This document shows, one piece after another, positions 25,296 to 36,761 of a DNA stretch of 64,000 nucleotides (positions are counted from its first letter, which is position 1; every line of letters begins with the position of its first letter). The position numbers were made by a program, and so were the translations under genes. The DNA lies in NCBI GenBank assembly GCA_002189035.1, contig CM007991.1:1364001-1428000 (forward strand), in the 5' to 3' direction. The notes beneath the pieces were generated by a model. The model searched no databases. It had not been told where the DNA came from and saw nothing but the letters and a program-made list of their open reading frames with translations. This DNA is from Utricularia gibba. Taxonomy: Eukaryota > Plantae > Magnoliophyta.

Positions 25296-27068
25296 ATGTT
25301 TAGAGTTGCTGTGGCTTCGCTCTTGACTGTATCATCGCCGGTTTCTCTCAACAAATTGCATGTTCAGGGATCATTTGCCGCCTGTTTCATACTCTTTCAG
25401 CTTACGAGGATTCACACCAGTTGTTTGAGCACTCTACGGGAATGTGTGGAGTTTTCCAAGACCCAGAAAATCCACTCACAGATTATCAAAACATCTTCCT
25501 GTTGCGTATTCTTCCACAACCACCTGATTTCCGCGTATTTGAGATGCGGAGAGGTTGGAGATGCTTGCCAGCTGTTCGACGAAATGCCTAGAAAGAACGT
25601 TGTGTCGTGGACTCTTTTGGTTGCTGGTTTCGTTCGAATGGGTTTCTCTGCAGAAGCCATCACCGCGTTTTCTGATATGCACAAGGTTGATATTATTCCG
25701 AATGAGTACACTTTTGTCAGCACCTTGCAAGCATGCTCTTCTGATAGGGTGGACCTCGTTTGTCTTTTTCAAGTCTACGGCTTGTTAATTCGGCTTGGGT
25801 TTGAGAACAACGTCTTCTTGAAGAATGCATTTTTAACTGGCTTGCTGAGGAACGGATTGTTAGACGAAGCTCTTCGTGAGTTTGAGACCGAAGGGCAATC
25901 AAACTTAGATGTTGTATCCTGGAATGCTATACTTGATGGCTTTCTCAAGCTTCGGGTTACAGAAATACCCTGGTTTTGGAAAAAGATGGTGAGATCCGGG
26001 ATAGACCCAGACGAGTTCACCTTCGCCACGGTTCTCACCGGGCTGGCAGAGCTGCTGAATTCAGAAATGGGGTTGCAGGTTCATGCACTTCTGATCAAAT
26101 CAGGTCATGGGAGTGAAAGGTGTGCAGGGAATGCCTTGGTGGATATGTACTTGAAGAATAATAGACTGAGAGACGGTTTTGAAGCATTTCATGATATCCC
26201 TGCAAAGGATGTCTGCTCCTGGACTCAGTTGGCATCATGGTGTTTGAACTGCGGAAAGCCTATTGAGGTACTGAGGGTGATCGAGGACATGAGACTGGCC
26301 GGTGTTAAGCCGAACATGTTCACTCTAGCGACAGGGCTCAGTGCCTGTGCCAACTTACCAAGTTTGGAGGAAGGACAGAAGCTTCAGGCGTTGATGATCA
26401 AGCTGGGGGACAAGATCGATGTCTGTGTCGAAAATGCATTGCTTGACTTGTATGCGAGATGTGGCTCCATGGATTTGGCATCAAGGGTTTTCAGATCAAT
26501 GACTGAGCGGTCTGTAGTTTCCTGGACATCCATGATAATGGGGTATGCACAGAACGGGCACCCAGAAGAAGCTCGAAAGCTTTTTGAGGAGATGAGGGGT
26601 TGTGGGGAGAAACCAAATCACATCACCTTCATATGTGTGTTGCATGCTTGCAGCCAAGGAGGGTATATTGACAGTGCAGTGAAATACTTCTCCTCTATGA
26701 GCCAGGAGTACGGAATTGCACCTGGTGAAGATCACTATGCTTGTATGGTGAATCTCCTCGGAAGGGCTGGACGCATAAAGGAAGCCGAAGAGTTGATCTC
26801 CGGGATGCCGTTCAAGCCAAGTGTTGTTACCTGGCAGACATTGCTTGGTTCATCCCGGCTTCATGGGGACATGGAAACCGCGAGACACGCTGCAGAACAC
26901 GCACTTGTGGGTGATGCTAGTGATCCTTCCACATACCTGCTGCTCTCCAATACACTCACAGATGTCGAGAAATGGGGCACAGCAGAGTCACTGAGAAAGT
27001 ACATAGAGCACAAGGGCATCAAGAAAAACCCAGGCACTAGTTGGGTAGAAATTCATGAAAGGTGCTGA
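25296..27068 (+). CDS. PLS-class pentatricopeptide repeat protein with E domain, no DYW (organellar RNA-editing factor type)
   Basis: Intronless ORF with repeated NVVSWT/DVVSWN/DVCSWT/SVVSWT motifs, HYACMVNLLGRAG, and ending KKNPGTSWVEI. First ATG is at 25296. Confidence 0.9.
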   Translation: MFRVAVASLLTVSSPVSLNKLHVQGSFAACFILFQLTRIHTSCLSTLRECVEFSKTQKIHSQIIKTSSCCVFFHNHLISAYLRCGEVGDACQLFDEMPRKNVVSWTLLVAGFVRMGFSAEAITAFSDMHKVDIIPNEYTFVSTLQACSSDRVDLVCLFQVYGLLIRLGFENNVFLKNAFLTGLLRNGLLDEALREFETEGQSNLDVVSWNAILDGFLKLRVTEIPWFWKKMVRSGIDPDEFTFATVLTGLAELLNSEMGLQVHALLIKSGHGSERCAGNALVDMYLKNNRLRDGFEAFHDIPAKDVCSWTQLASWCLNCGKPIEVLRVIEDMRLAGVKPNMFTLATGLSACANLPSLEEGQKLQALMIKLGDKIDVCVENALLDLYARCGSMDLASRVFRSMTERSVVSWTSMIMGYAQNGHPEEARKLFEEMRGCGEKPNHITFICVLHACSQGGYIDSAVKYFSSMSQEYGIAPGEDHYACMVNLLGRAGRIKEAEELISGMPFKPSVVTWQTLLGSSRLHGDMETARHAAEHALVGDASDPSTYLLLSNTLTDVEKWGTAESLRKYIEHKGIKKNPGTSWVEIHERC

Positions 27069-27232
27069 AGGATAGGGACATGTGACATTGAGACTAGAAA
27101 AAAGCCCAGATGAGATCAACAATCGACTAACCTACAAAGAAAACAAGATTTGATGCAAGGAATGTATGGAATAACAGGAGCAAGGAGAGGGCAAAATCTC
27201 ATGTTGTTTCGAGTATGGAAGTGTTTATGAGG

Positions 27233-28897
27233 TCAAAACCGAGGTTTTCTTTTGCGGCCAGTGTATTTTGTATCCATAGGAACTTTGTTTCCCCTTCTCC
27301 TCATTTGCTCCTTCTTACGCAGGACCCATTCTTTACCCTTCACCTTCTTGTTTAGCTTCTGTCTTTTCCTTGGTCTCTGTCTCTCTGATATGCTAACCTG
27401 CAACTCAGTTCTACCGATATAAAAAACGAGGCTAAATGAAACCAAAGAACCATGCACTGCTACTTACTGTTACATCCTCGTCTTCATCGCTATCTTCATC
27501 ACTACAACAATCATCGCCTTCTTCGCCTTTTCCTTTTGGAGTAGCACTGTTTATGGATGCTGAACCACAGGTCAGCACCAGGTATTCTTTCCTCTTCTTT
27601 GCACTGAGAAAGATTCAATGTCTCAGTACGTCATTCATGTAATACTCACGACCTTTGTTTTTTCTGTCAAAGTACCTGTGAGGATAATCCACGACCACCC
27701 CACCGGAGAACCCGGCCTTCATAGCATAACTCAGAATCAGTTCACGCTGTGCCAGATTTTCTGGATATACCTGCAACACAGCCCTTGCCCCTCTGGCCAG
27801 GCACTTGTATAAGGATCCAAAAAAGGCCCTGCATTGGAAATTAAACAGAAAAAAGAATGATTGGTAGCTGAAGAACGAAACTAAATCAAAACGAAAGTTA
27901 CACAGGAAGGAGAGAAACATACTTCAATCTGATGCGAGGCTCATGGGAGGACTTGTCTGCATTGCACAGCCACTGCGAGAAGAACATTGTCAACTCGGAT
28001 ATGGACTCCAAAGATACTCACACAATCAATAATCAAATGAAACAAAAAGCGAGGGACCTGAACAGCTGAGATACTTATGGCACCATCGACTACTCCTGGC
28101 CGGACTCCCAAGCCCTGCAACAGTTTTGCGTACTCATTAGAAGTTGATGTTATTCCAAGAAGATATGAATGAATCATTTTCTCAGAAGCCTTTATGCCTT
28201 AGCCAACATAAAAATTACAAAAAACGCATTTCACAAGTTCAGAAGACGAACTAAAGAAAATGGTGCACCTGCCCCATGTCACCAAGTAAAAGATCTCCCT
28301 CAACTTCACGCTCCAAAGCTATGCCTAGAGATTTATCACGGGATGCGAGAAGTTTAAAAAAGTAGCGAGATTGAAAAAAAAAAGAATAGTGAATGTAAAA
28401 CAATATATATTCCGTACTCAGCATGGATTCTGATATATCTAGGCCAATCCAATGATGGCCGTTCTCTGTTAATGTTTCTCCACTCAGCCCCGATCCGCAA
28501 CCTGAGCAATCATAGAAGATATGCTCAATGCATCACGTAGCTTCGGAATTAGCAACAAACAGAATGCAACAAAAAGAATGCACAGAGAATTCGATAAGCG
28601 AAGCCCAGAGGTAGAAAGCAGAAGAAATACCAATATCGAGAAGCAATCGCGGAACACCATCGCCTGGTAGGGCAAGAAGCTCCAGTGCTCTCTCCGACAG
28701 CTCCGCCTTTATTCATATTGCGATGGGCATACTTCAGAGTAAAAAAAAAAAAAAAATTCCCGTGAAAAGGAAAGCAAAGTAATCTAACCAGATACCTGAA
28801 TCCCAATTATACGAGAAGAGGAGGTGTATTTCCGAGCTTCGTCGTCATTGTAAAATATCTCCGGCGGCGCCTGAAGCTCCGGCCGTGAGGTTGCCAT
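27233..28897 (-). CDS. RID2: 18S rRNA (guanine-N7) methyltransferase BUD23/WBSCR22, 9 exons
   Basis: [32 protein letters not shown] motif [21 protein letters not shown]-terminal [11 protein letters not shown]. All introns GT-AG. Confidence 0.93.
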
Positions 28898-28989
28898 AAA
28901 CTTAAAACGACTTCAACACCGGCGGCAACAACTGGATTCCCGATGGCGGAGAAGATGACCAGTAGTTGAAGATGATGACATCCGTGCTA

Positions 28990-29090
28990 ACCAAAACCCT
29001 ATTATAGAATGGGCCGCCCATATGTTAAAAAAAATCTAAGGCATTTACATGGGCCTGAGTGTAAAAGGCTTTAGAAATTGGGCCTAACCT
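28990..29090. promoter_or_regulatory. Telo-box plus three site II elements in the BUD23/GRXS15 divergent promoter
   Basis: AAACCCTA at 28994-29001; TGGGCC at 29010, 29050 and 29079. Confidence 0.6.
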
Positions 29091-29363
29091 CAAAGACGTT
29101 ACGCAAACTTTATTAATTGGAAAAAAATAAGAAAATAATTGCTATTTTGGAAACACGCTTCTGGTGGATTCTCTCCCCCAGATTGAAGCTTTCGATTCCA
29201 AGAAAACGGTCAGTGAACGGCGGGAGAGGGAGCTTCGTTCGCTGAGTTGTTTGTCTTCTGTTAATGACTCTCTGTGGTGTAATAACCGGTGAAAGCGCTT
29301 ATCTTTCTTATGGCAGGTTGATAAGCTAAGCGGCTTGGGGAGTTATCAGAGGAAATCGTGATT

Positions 29364-31035
29364 ATGGCAAGATCGATTGCTAGTATTATGTCTAAAGGCA
29401 TTGCAGGATTTCGATTTTCCAACTCAAATGTGTGTATATTTCTTTCTAATTTCCTCAGTCATCTGACTTCCATATATTCCCAGTTGTGTTTATGCTGAAA
29501 AAATTTTCGGGTATACAAGAAGGGACTGATTGTTTAATCCATCAAGAGTGCTGAAGACTGATTTTTTAGCTTAACATGATTCTGGGAATTGAAATGCTCT
29601 ATAAAATGTCATCCTTAGTTGAGTTTTTCATGTTTCAAGGAGGGGACCATTCGGTTTTTCCTGTTTTATGTGCATGTGCGTCTTCCATTTCTGCTATGAT
29701 TTTTTGTTAGCTGTTTTACAGATGCATAGCCTTGTCAAAGTTGCTGCTTTCTTAAGAAAATATTATTTCTGGTTGGTAGCTTCCGCACGGGCATACATAT
29801 GAAATTATGTCGTTTACAAATTAGAGTTAGGATTTAAGAGCAAAATATCCATTCATGGGTTCTTCGTTGGTTTCATCATGAAATTTAGCATTTATTGAAC
29901 ACGGAATTTTTCTGATAATAGGCATCTCAAGCCTTCTCCCAGAAGATTCTTCATTTTTCTACTTCATTACCGGATGATCCTGATAGTCATGAAGATTTTA
30001 AACCCACCAGCAAAGTTGAGAGTTCTAGTATTTCCCTAGAAAAGATAGTTGAGCAGGTAACACTCTGAACCAAAAATGTGGAATTGCTGGATTTGCTCTA
30101 TATTATTTGATGCAAATTCGATGCCAAAGTTCATAACCATCCTATCCTGTGGGTTTATTTCGTGTCAGTGCATCAAATACCCTTTCGTTGCCCCAGCTAG
30201 AAATAAGCAATGGCTGAAAGAAGTTGCCTTGCATTCTGCACTAGAATCGTTACTTGTACTTTTAATCTATCAGGATTAAACATTTTATATGTAGCATACT
30301 TGAACATTTTAATCTATCAGGATTTGAAGGAAAACCCTGTGATGATCTATATGAAAGGCATTCCTGAAGTTCCTCGATGCGGATTTAGTGCGCTTGCAGT
30401 AAGAGTTTTGAAGGAATATAGTAAGTCTCTTAGGAAATTTCTACTACTCACCTTGTTAATTATATATATAACTCAACACCAGTTTCATAAATATAATTTC
30501 TCAGATATTCCTCTGAGTGCTAGAAATATTCTAGAGGATACTGACCTGAAGAATGCTGTTAAATCCTTCAGGTAAATTTCTAGTATTCTGAGAATGTGGC
30601 GTTGTTAGGTATCGAGCATTTTTGAATCTGGGAAGAATGAACCTTCTTCCACCTAAAAAGTTTCTGAATTCTTCTGAATCTGGAAACAAATGTTTCTGAA
30701 TTCTTTTATCTGGGTTGTAACATTTTTTTTTGTTGATTTTATGGCAGTCACTGGCCAACATTCCTCAAATATTTATCAATGGGGAATTCATTGGTGGATC
30801 TGACATCATTCTTAGCATGCACCAGGTTTTTCTTTATCTGCACCAACCTAGTTTTCCATATCTTGTTTTTTGTTGAAAAAAGTAATGCAACAACCTCGGT
30901 AATTCTCCAACGAAAAATATAGCATATATAACAGCATACTTTTGCTGCTCCCTTTGAAGCCCTAAATTCTCTTGCTGTTTGATGCAGAGTGGTGAACTTA
31001 AAGAGAAACTGAAAAACGTTTCAGATGGAAAGTAG
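29364..31035 (+). CDS. GRXS15: Mitochondrial monothiol glutaredoxin (CGFS); apparent 1-nt loss in exon 5
   Basis: Transit peptide [12 protein letters not shown]; [11 protein letters not shown]; [14 protein letters not shown]; HWPTF(P)[16 protein letters not shown]. The TFP codons read ACA TTC CT CAA at about 30761, one base short. Confidence 0.9.
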
Positions 31036-31439
31036 TTCGTCATAACAAACAGTTTACCTGATGGGAATGTGTGCTTTTCTCTGTACGAGAAACACTGAAT
31101 AAACACAGACATTCCTCTTAGCTATTTACATTTTCTAGCAGCAGAATGCATTCACTCATATTCTCTGCTGAACTATTGAGTTTTCACCAGCAAGCGTTTC
31201 TAGAGAAAGCTGGTGCCAGAATGCAGTTTAAATATGATTTTATGTGATTTCTTTGATCGTTTCATTTCTCATACTGTAGATCCATCCATGTTTATCACTA
31301 TCGTACGACCGGAACTGCTTGCCCTCCGAGTATCTTCTGAAGGGCAGTGTCAAAACACATTAAGACAACACTCAGTTTCACAGAATGCAGCAATGGCTGA
31401 TTGACATGAAAAAGTCAAAAGAGCTCCTATAGTTGCTAA

Positions 31440-34400
31440 TCATGTCGCAAGATTCCTCCTTTTTGCTTCCATTTTCAACAGGAGCTCCTTGATCTCACCT
31501 TCCATCCTCATCTTCATGGTGATATATTCTTGGTATTCTCGTTCAGCATCTTGCAGCTCCGCAATTTTTTGTTTTCGCATCTCCTCTGCTTCAGGCAACC
31601 GGAGCCTCTTGATTCTACTGTTAAACTCTTCCTCAATCCTTTCCCTCTTCGTGTTGGAAATCCGCCGCAGAGCTTCCGATTCCCTCCGTGCATCATCAGC
31701 TCGATCCTGGAACATATTAGCCTCTGCAAACTTGATTCTCACAACACTCTCGAGCTCAATAAATGCTGCTTCTTTCGCTACGTTCTTCCTTGTATCTTCA
31801 AGCTTAGTGATGTTGCCGCCACTGAAGCTATGTTGGCCAAACTCAGGAAGTGAGCTTTCCAGGATTGGGGTTTCATTCTGATGATAAGACGTCAACCATG
31901 TTGCTCCTTGGATTGATCCAACATTGACATTGGCATTTTCCTGGATATTCATCGTCAACCTGTTTATGGGGTCGACTGCAATATCTCTAGGTTTATCTGA
32001 AATGGATTCTGCACTCAGAGCATAGGAAAGTGAGGTAAATTTGAGCACTACTCTGAAAGATACACAAAGCCAACACAGGATGAAAAATCACATTATTTTC
32101 TACAGCACATCCTCTTAATGACATTTCTTTGCATAATAATTAAAGATGACCCCAAACTCACAACGATTGCTCAAGTTTTGCAAAATGGCAGTTCTGCAGA
32201 AAAAAATGAAGACAGGTAAAGAAGGAAACTCCAATCTTACCAGTGAAAAACTTCATGATAAGCTTCCGTATGTCGTGAAGATCCATCCTGTCAGCTAATT
32301 TAGACTTCATCTGTACAGCAAGTTCATGAACCTGCTTTCCCCTGGGATCCTCACTATGAGCGAATATTCTTCTGACATATTCAAGTTCTTGTGAAAGATT
32401 TTGTGCTGTCCATTCATTCACAAAGTTTAGGAAAACCTCTTTTACAAAACCGAACATCTCAGAGGCATGGCCACAAGCAACACAATAGAAGTGAACTTCA
32501 GTGTTGCCTACACCTCCTACACGACAGCCATTTCTTATATGAGATTCTCTTAGCCCACAATCAGCATGACACCAATGAAGGCACAAATCGCATCCAACCC
32601 AACTACAAGTGTTTTGTGCATTATCGAACTTAGAACACACAAGACACATGCACTCACGACAAAAGTCGCTGCATTTAGTGCATATTTTACAGTCACATTC
32701 ATCCACAGGAAGAAGGCTCCTACACTTCAGATTTCTGCATCTCATATTCAGAAATATTTCAGCCAGTTCAGGTGTTGGAATATCACATTTCTTGAGAATA
32801 AATTGCTCAAGGCCTGTTTTTAAGGCAACCAAGATCTCCAGCTGACCACGATGTGCATTTAGTAACATATCCAGAGAAATATCCTGCCTCTTCACCAATG
32901 CATTTTGAAAAGAACTTAGTTTCCATTGCTTAACAGGATTCAAGATCATCTCATGGATGAATTCTTTCACACTCGTCAGTTTTTCTGAGCTCATTTCGCT
33001 GAACTTCTGTGACATCATGTTTATAGGTTCAGAAACTGCCATTGTAACCATGGACTCAGCGAAATCAGATCCATGAGTTTTGCTTCTCTGCAAGCTACTG
33101 TTATCTGTCTCCAATATGAACTTCCTCCTTTCCTTGGAGTGTTCATATCTATTTTCATAAGAGCTGTAATGCGAATCACTGGAGAAATGCTTATTTAAAA
33201 CCAAATCACTATCAGATCCATTCAGCGGTTGGGAGCTCTCAAGCATTACTCTTTTATGCTTTACCATGGCTTCTCCATTGGCATCCCTTTTAGCCGATTC
33301 AGAAAGCTGGCGCATTTCATTGTTGTTTGATGGTAAGTTTTGATATGATAAGGAGTCTTTGTTCATATTCTCCTCATCTGCCAAAGCCTTCCAGTCAACC
33401 CCCTTAAATAATGGCTTACTTTTGACAGACTGCTCATTATCACGAACGTTATGGCTCAGGGAACAACTGGGGTTGTGAGTGAACTGCTGAGAACCAGAAA
33501 ATGACATAGAACCTGTAAGGCCATCAGAAAGCGTCCTAAAGGAACTACCAAATGAGTGAAAGCTTCTCGTTTGACTAGGGGAACTTTGATTCATTCCTCT
33601 GTTTTGGGATCCTATCGGAAAGAGAACATTTGGCAAGCTAAGGGATAGTTCAAGAGCTAATTTGTCATCCTGAGTAGGTAACTGTTCAACTGTCTCCAGC
33701 TTATTTATTGGATCATTGGATAAAAATTGAAAGCCCCTACTGCTTGGTCCTTCCATCTCAATGTCTCCACTTTTCTGAAGCATTTTCACCCACCTTCGAG
33801 CTCCAGATTAGTATCAGTCAACTGAAAGCAGCTGGTTGCTGCTAAAGAAACGCCCTTACCCTTTTCCTTTGAAAACATCTCAATTTCACCTATTTCCAGA
33901 ATATTGGCATCTTTCTTTACCTGGTCTTTAAAAGTCTCGTTATCCGTTTTCTCTGGTAAAGATGGTGTCTTGTTTGAAACCTCGATAAATTGGGCATCAT
34001 CTCTGGTATCCTCCACCTTGTTGCTGCATTCATTTTCTCCATCCCCAGAACCTTTATCTCTGTTCTCAACTTCCTCAGGAAATGATTTATCCTGAAAACT
34101 TTGGCAGACACCTTTGTCCACAGCACCTTTCGCATCCAAAAGCAATCTACTTTCTGCTTTCTCCTCAGAATTTTCCACATTATTGGGATTTTTATTCCCT
34201 TCAGAAAAGATGTTTGCTTCATCCTGTGATAATTTACTACCAACATGCTCCTCAACAGCAGCCTCCTTCTCAGAGGAGTTCAGCGCAGACTGGATTTCAT
34301 ATATGGGCTTTGCCAACAAAACATGATGGTCAGGTTCCAGTTCACCTTCTTCAGGTTCACCGCTGGGAATACTGCTTGCATTATGCGCATTTAAATTAGT

Positions 34401-34995
34401 ATCAACACTCTTAGAGTGATCACTTCCAGAATCCTTTGACCAAGCTGGAGACTTTGGATCTCTAGACCCTCTAGGAGAGCTTGAAATCCCCATTTCCTTG
34501 GTTTCTGTTCTAGTTGCTCGACCAGACTCGATGCTACCCGACCCGCATCATCACCATCTTTCCCAGATCCAAGTCTCCTCCATGATGCATCAATGCCTTC
34601 TCTCTTTGCTCTATATTTATCAGACCTAAAATCCTGAGCAAAGTCCCTTGTTCTAGTTCCTGAAAAACTTTCATGTCGATAAAAATGATCAGTTTTCGGT
34701 GAAGAGCTCGAAGAAACTCCATCCCTTTGTCGACCACTCCCCATCCTCCTCTCATGAATATCATAATCCGACCGTCTCCTCACCATTCTGGCACCATCCT
34801 TGCCATCTTCTAACCGATCATACCTCGACCTAGACGAAGATACAACTTTTCTCCCACTATCAGAACGCTTATAATAGTCGCCACTCCTCTGAAAAGAAGA
34901 CCCAGAGCGTTGTGAACCGGGTTCCTCATCCGCCTTCCCCAATCCTTCTCCTCATACGAATGGCGATCCTCATCATTTCCACTCAGCCTCTTCAT
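31440..34995 (-). CDS. OBE4-like: OBERON-family PHD finger protein (OBE4/TITANIA-like), split by 3-4 apparent single-base losses
   Basis: N-terminus MKRLSG...EKDWGRR; PHD CMCLVCSKFD...CSWVGCDLCLHWCHADC; C-terminal coiled coil. One intron (donor at 32240). Consecutive ORFs each differ by a -1 shift. Confidence 0.82.
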
Positions 34996-35869
34996 ACTTT
35001 TTCTACACACGCAAAAGCACCTACACCGATTTCACCTTAAACCGCAACCAATCCCAATCCACTAAACACCCATCCCCAACATCATACAACTGCCGCCATT
35101 CTTCATTAGCCAGAGCTCAAAAACCACGCACCCGCCTCATACCCTTCAAACCCAAAAACCGACAGCTGAAAATCAGCAAATTCAGCTTAAAAACCGTGAG
35201 CCCACCAAAATCCAAGCTGGAAAAAGCCGGCTCAGATTTGTGTTAGGGCATATCCCGAGGCTGGAAGATGTTAAACAGAAGCAAGACCAGAGTCCACGGT
35301 TAGCGACTTTGGTCAACTCCTCATACAAGGAAACACTCTCATCGACACTTCAACCTCGTGCATCTAATTAACATTTTCCCGATATTTATTTTCTGGAAAT
35401 TACCAATTAACGAATCCTTGTAGTAATTATTCATGATTTAAAATTTAAAAAAGTGATTTTTTTTACTTATGATTAAAAAAACATTTATTTCATGCCAAAT
35501 AATTAAAGACTATGCTTTATTTTATGGTTTGCTTTGACGCTTCTTCAGTACATCTTTGACTCTTGTCCTTGGAAGGACGTTATTAGTGGGCCCCGCTCTA
35601 ACATTCCACTTTTCTCCTAAAAGTCTTGTGGCCCAATTTTGGTGAGGCCCACGCTAACTGGGCCTCACCATCTTTGGAGAACAATTTCAATACATATTTT
35701 ATAAATATATTATTTTAAAAAAATAGTCTTCGTCTCCGTTGCATAAATAATATTTTTATTACATGAAACTTATTTTATTATCTTGATTTTTTATTTTTAT
35801 GAAATGGTGAAAATCAAAATTTGAAATTTCATGAAAATTCCGACAAAATTTAGAATATTGATTAAAAAA

Positions 35870-35945
35870 TCGACTTGTTGGGCTTTCAGACGATACAGCC
35901 CAATAAGAGCCATGGACAAAGTCGGCCCAAGGTTAAACCGCGACC
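35870..35945 (+). promoter_or_regulatory. Site II elements upstream of a nuclear-encoded mitochondrial gene
   Basis: TGGGCT, AGCCCA and GGCCCA within about 60 bp just upstream of the mS37-like transcript. Further GGCCCA/TGGGCC words at 35587-35666. Confidence 0.5.
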
Positions 35946-36180
35946 GCACCGCGACTAATTCCTGCACCTTCGTGCTCAATCTCACTGTCTTCTCGCCTTC
36001 CTTCGAGGTACGTTTTCTGTTTATTTTGTTTTCTCTTATTCTAACGGTGGGATTATTGTCGGAATCGTATTAGTGAGGGTTTTTCTTTTCTTTCTCAGTG
36101 CATTGTTGTTATTGGGGATTCATGGTTGAATTGGGCAGTGATTCATAATTTATGGTTGGGTTCTGATTGAATAGGTGAAG

Positions 36181-36761
36181 ATGGGTAGAAAAGCTGGTGG
36201 TCTGTATATCAATCCAAAGAAATTTGGAAATCTCCAGAAACCTTGTATGCAGGAAATGATGTCATTTCTTAGCTGTTTAGCTTTGAGTCAAGGGAACGAT
36301 CAAAGATGCACTCGGCAGAAGTCCCTACTGAGTGCATGCATGGATTCACAGGTAACCTGGAACTTCCCTAGGTAGACTCCTTTATTGTTTATCATGCTTT
36401 ATACTGTTCTGTAAAGGGATCCAACTGTATAATTCCTTAAGTTAATTATGATTTTGGGCACCCGTATGCTGTATTTATTTATGCTCTTTACCATTCTTTG
36501 GACTGTGGATGCTCATAGGCTCTCACTGGTTTGGTCAATCACTCTGTTGTTTACATTGTTTCATCCTCCTTCTTGAACGTATTCGACTGCATAAGACCTA
36601 AAGATGATGCTCATCTCTTTGCATCTGCCGTGTTGGACTGTTTCATTCTTTCTTTGTGGATTATGGTGACTTGATTAGTATTTTCGCAGACTAGCAATAA
36701 GCAAAAGCCTTGGGGAACAATCAACTATCACCTTCAGAGGCTTGGCAGGGGAAGAAAGTAA
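36181..36761 (+). CDS. Twin-CX9C (CHCH) protein, mitochondrial ribosomal protein mS37-like, 2 coding exons
   Basis: Exons 36181-36351 and 36690-36761. MGRKAGGLYINPKKFG; CMQEMMSFLSC and CTRQKSLLSAC; PWGTINYHLQRL. Confidence 0.85.

Noticed and set aside
33786-34942. Two ORFs (183 aa and 235 aa) as separate genes
   Set aside because: They join to the OBERON ORF by single-base repairs and read as its N-terminal region.
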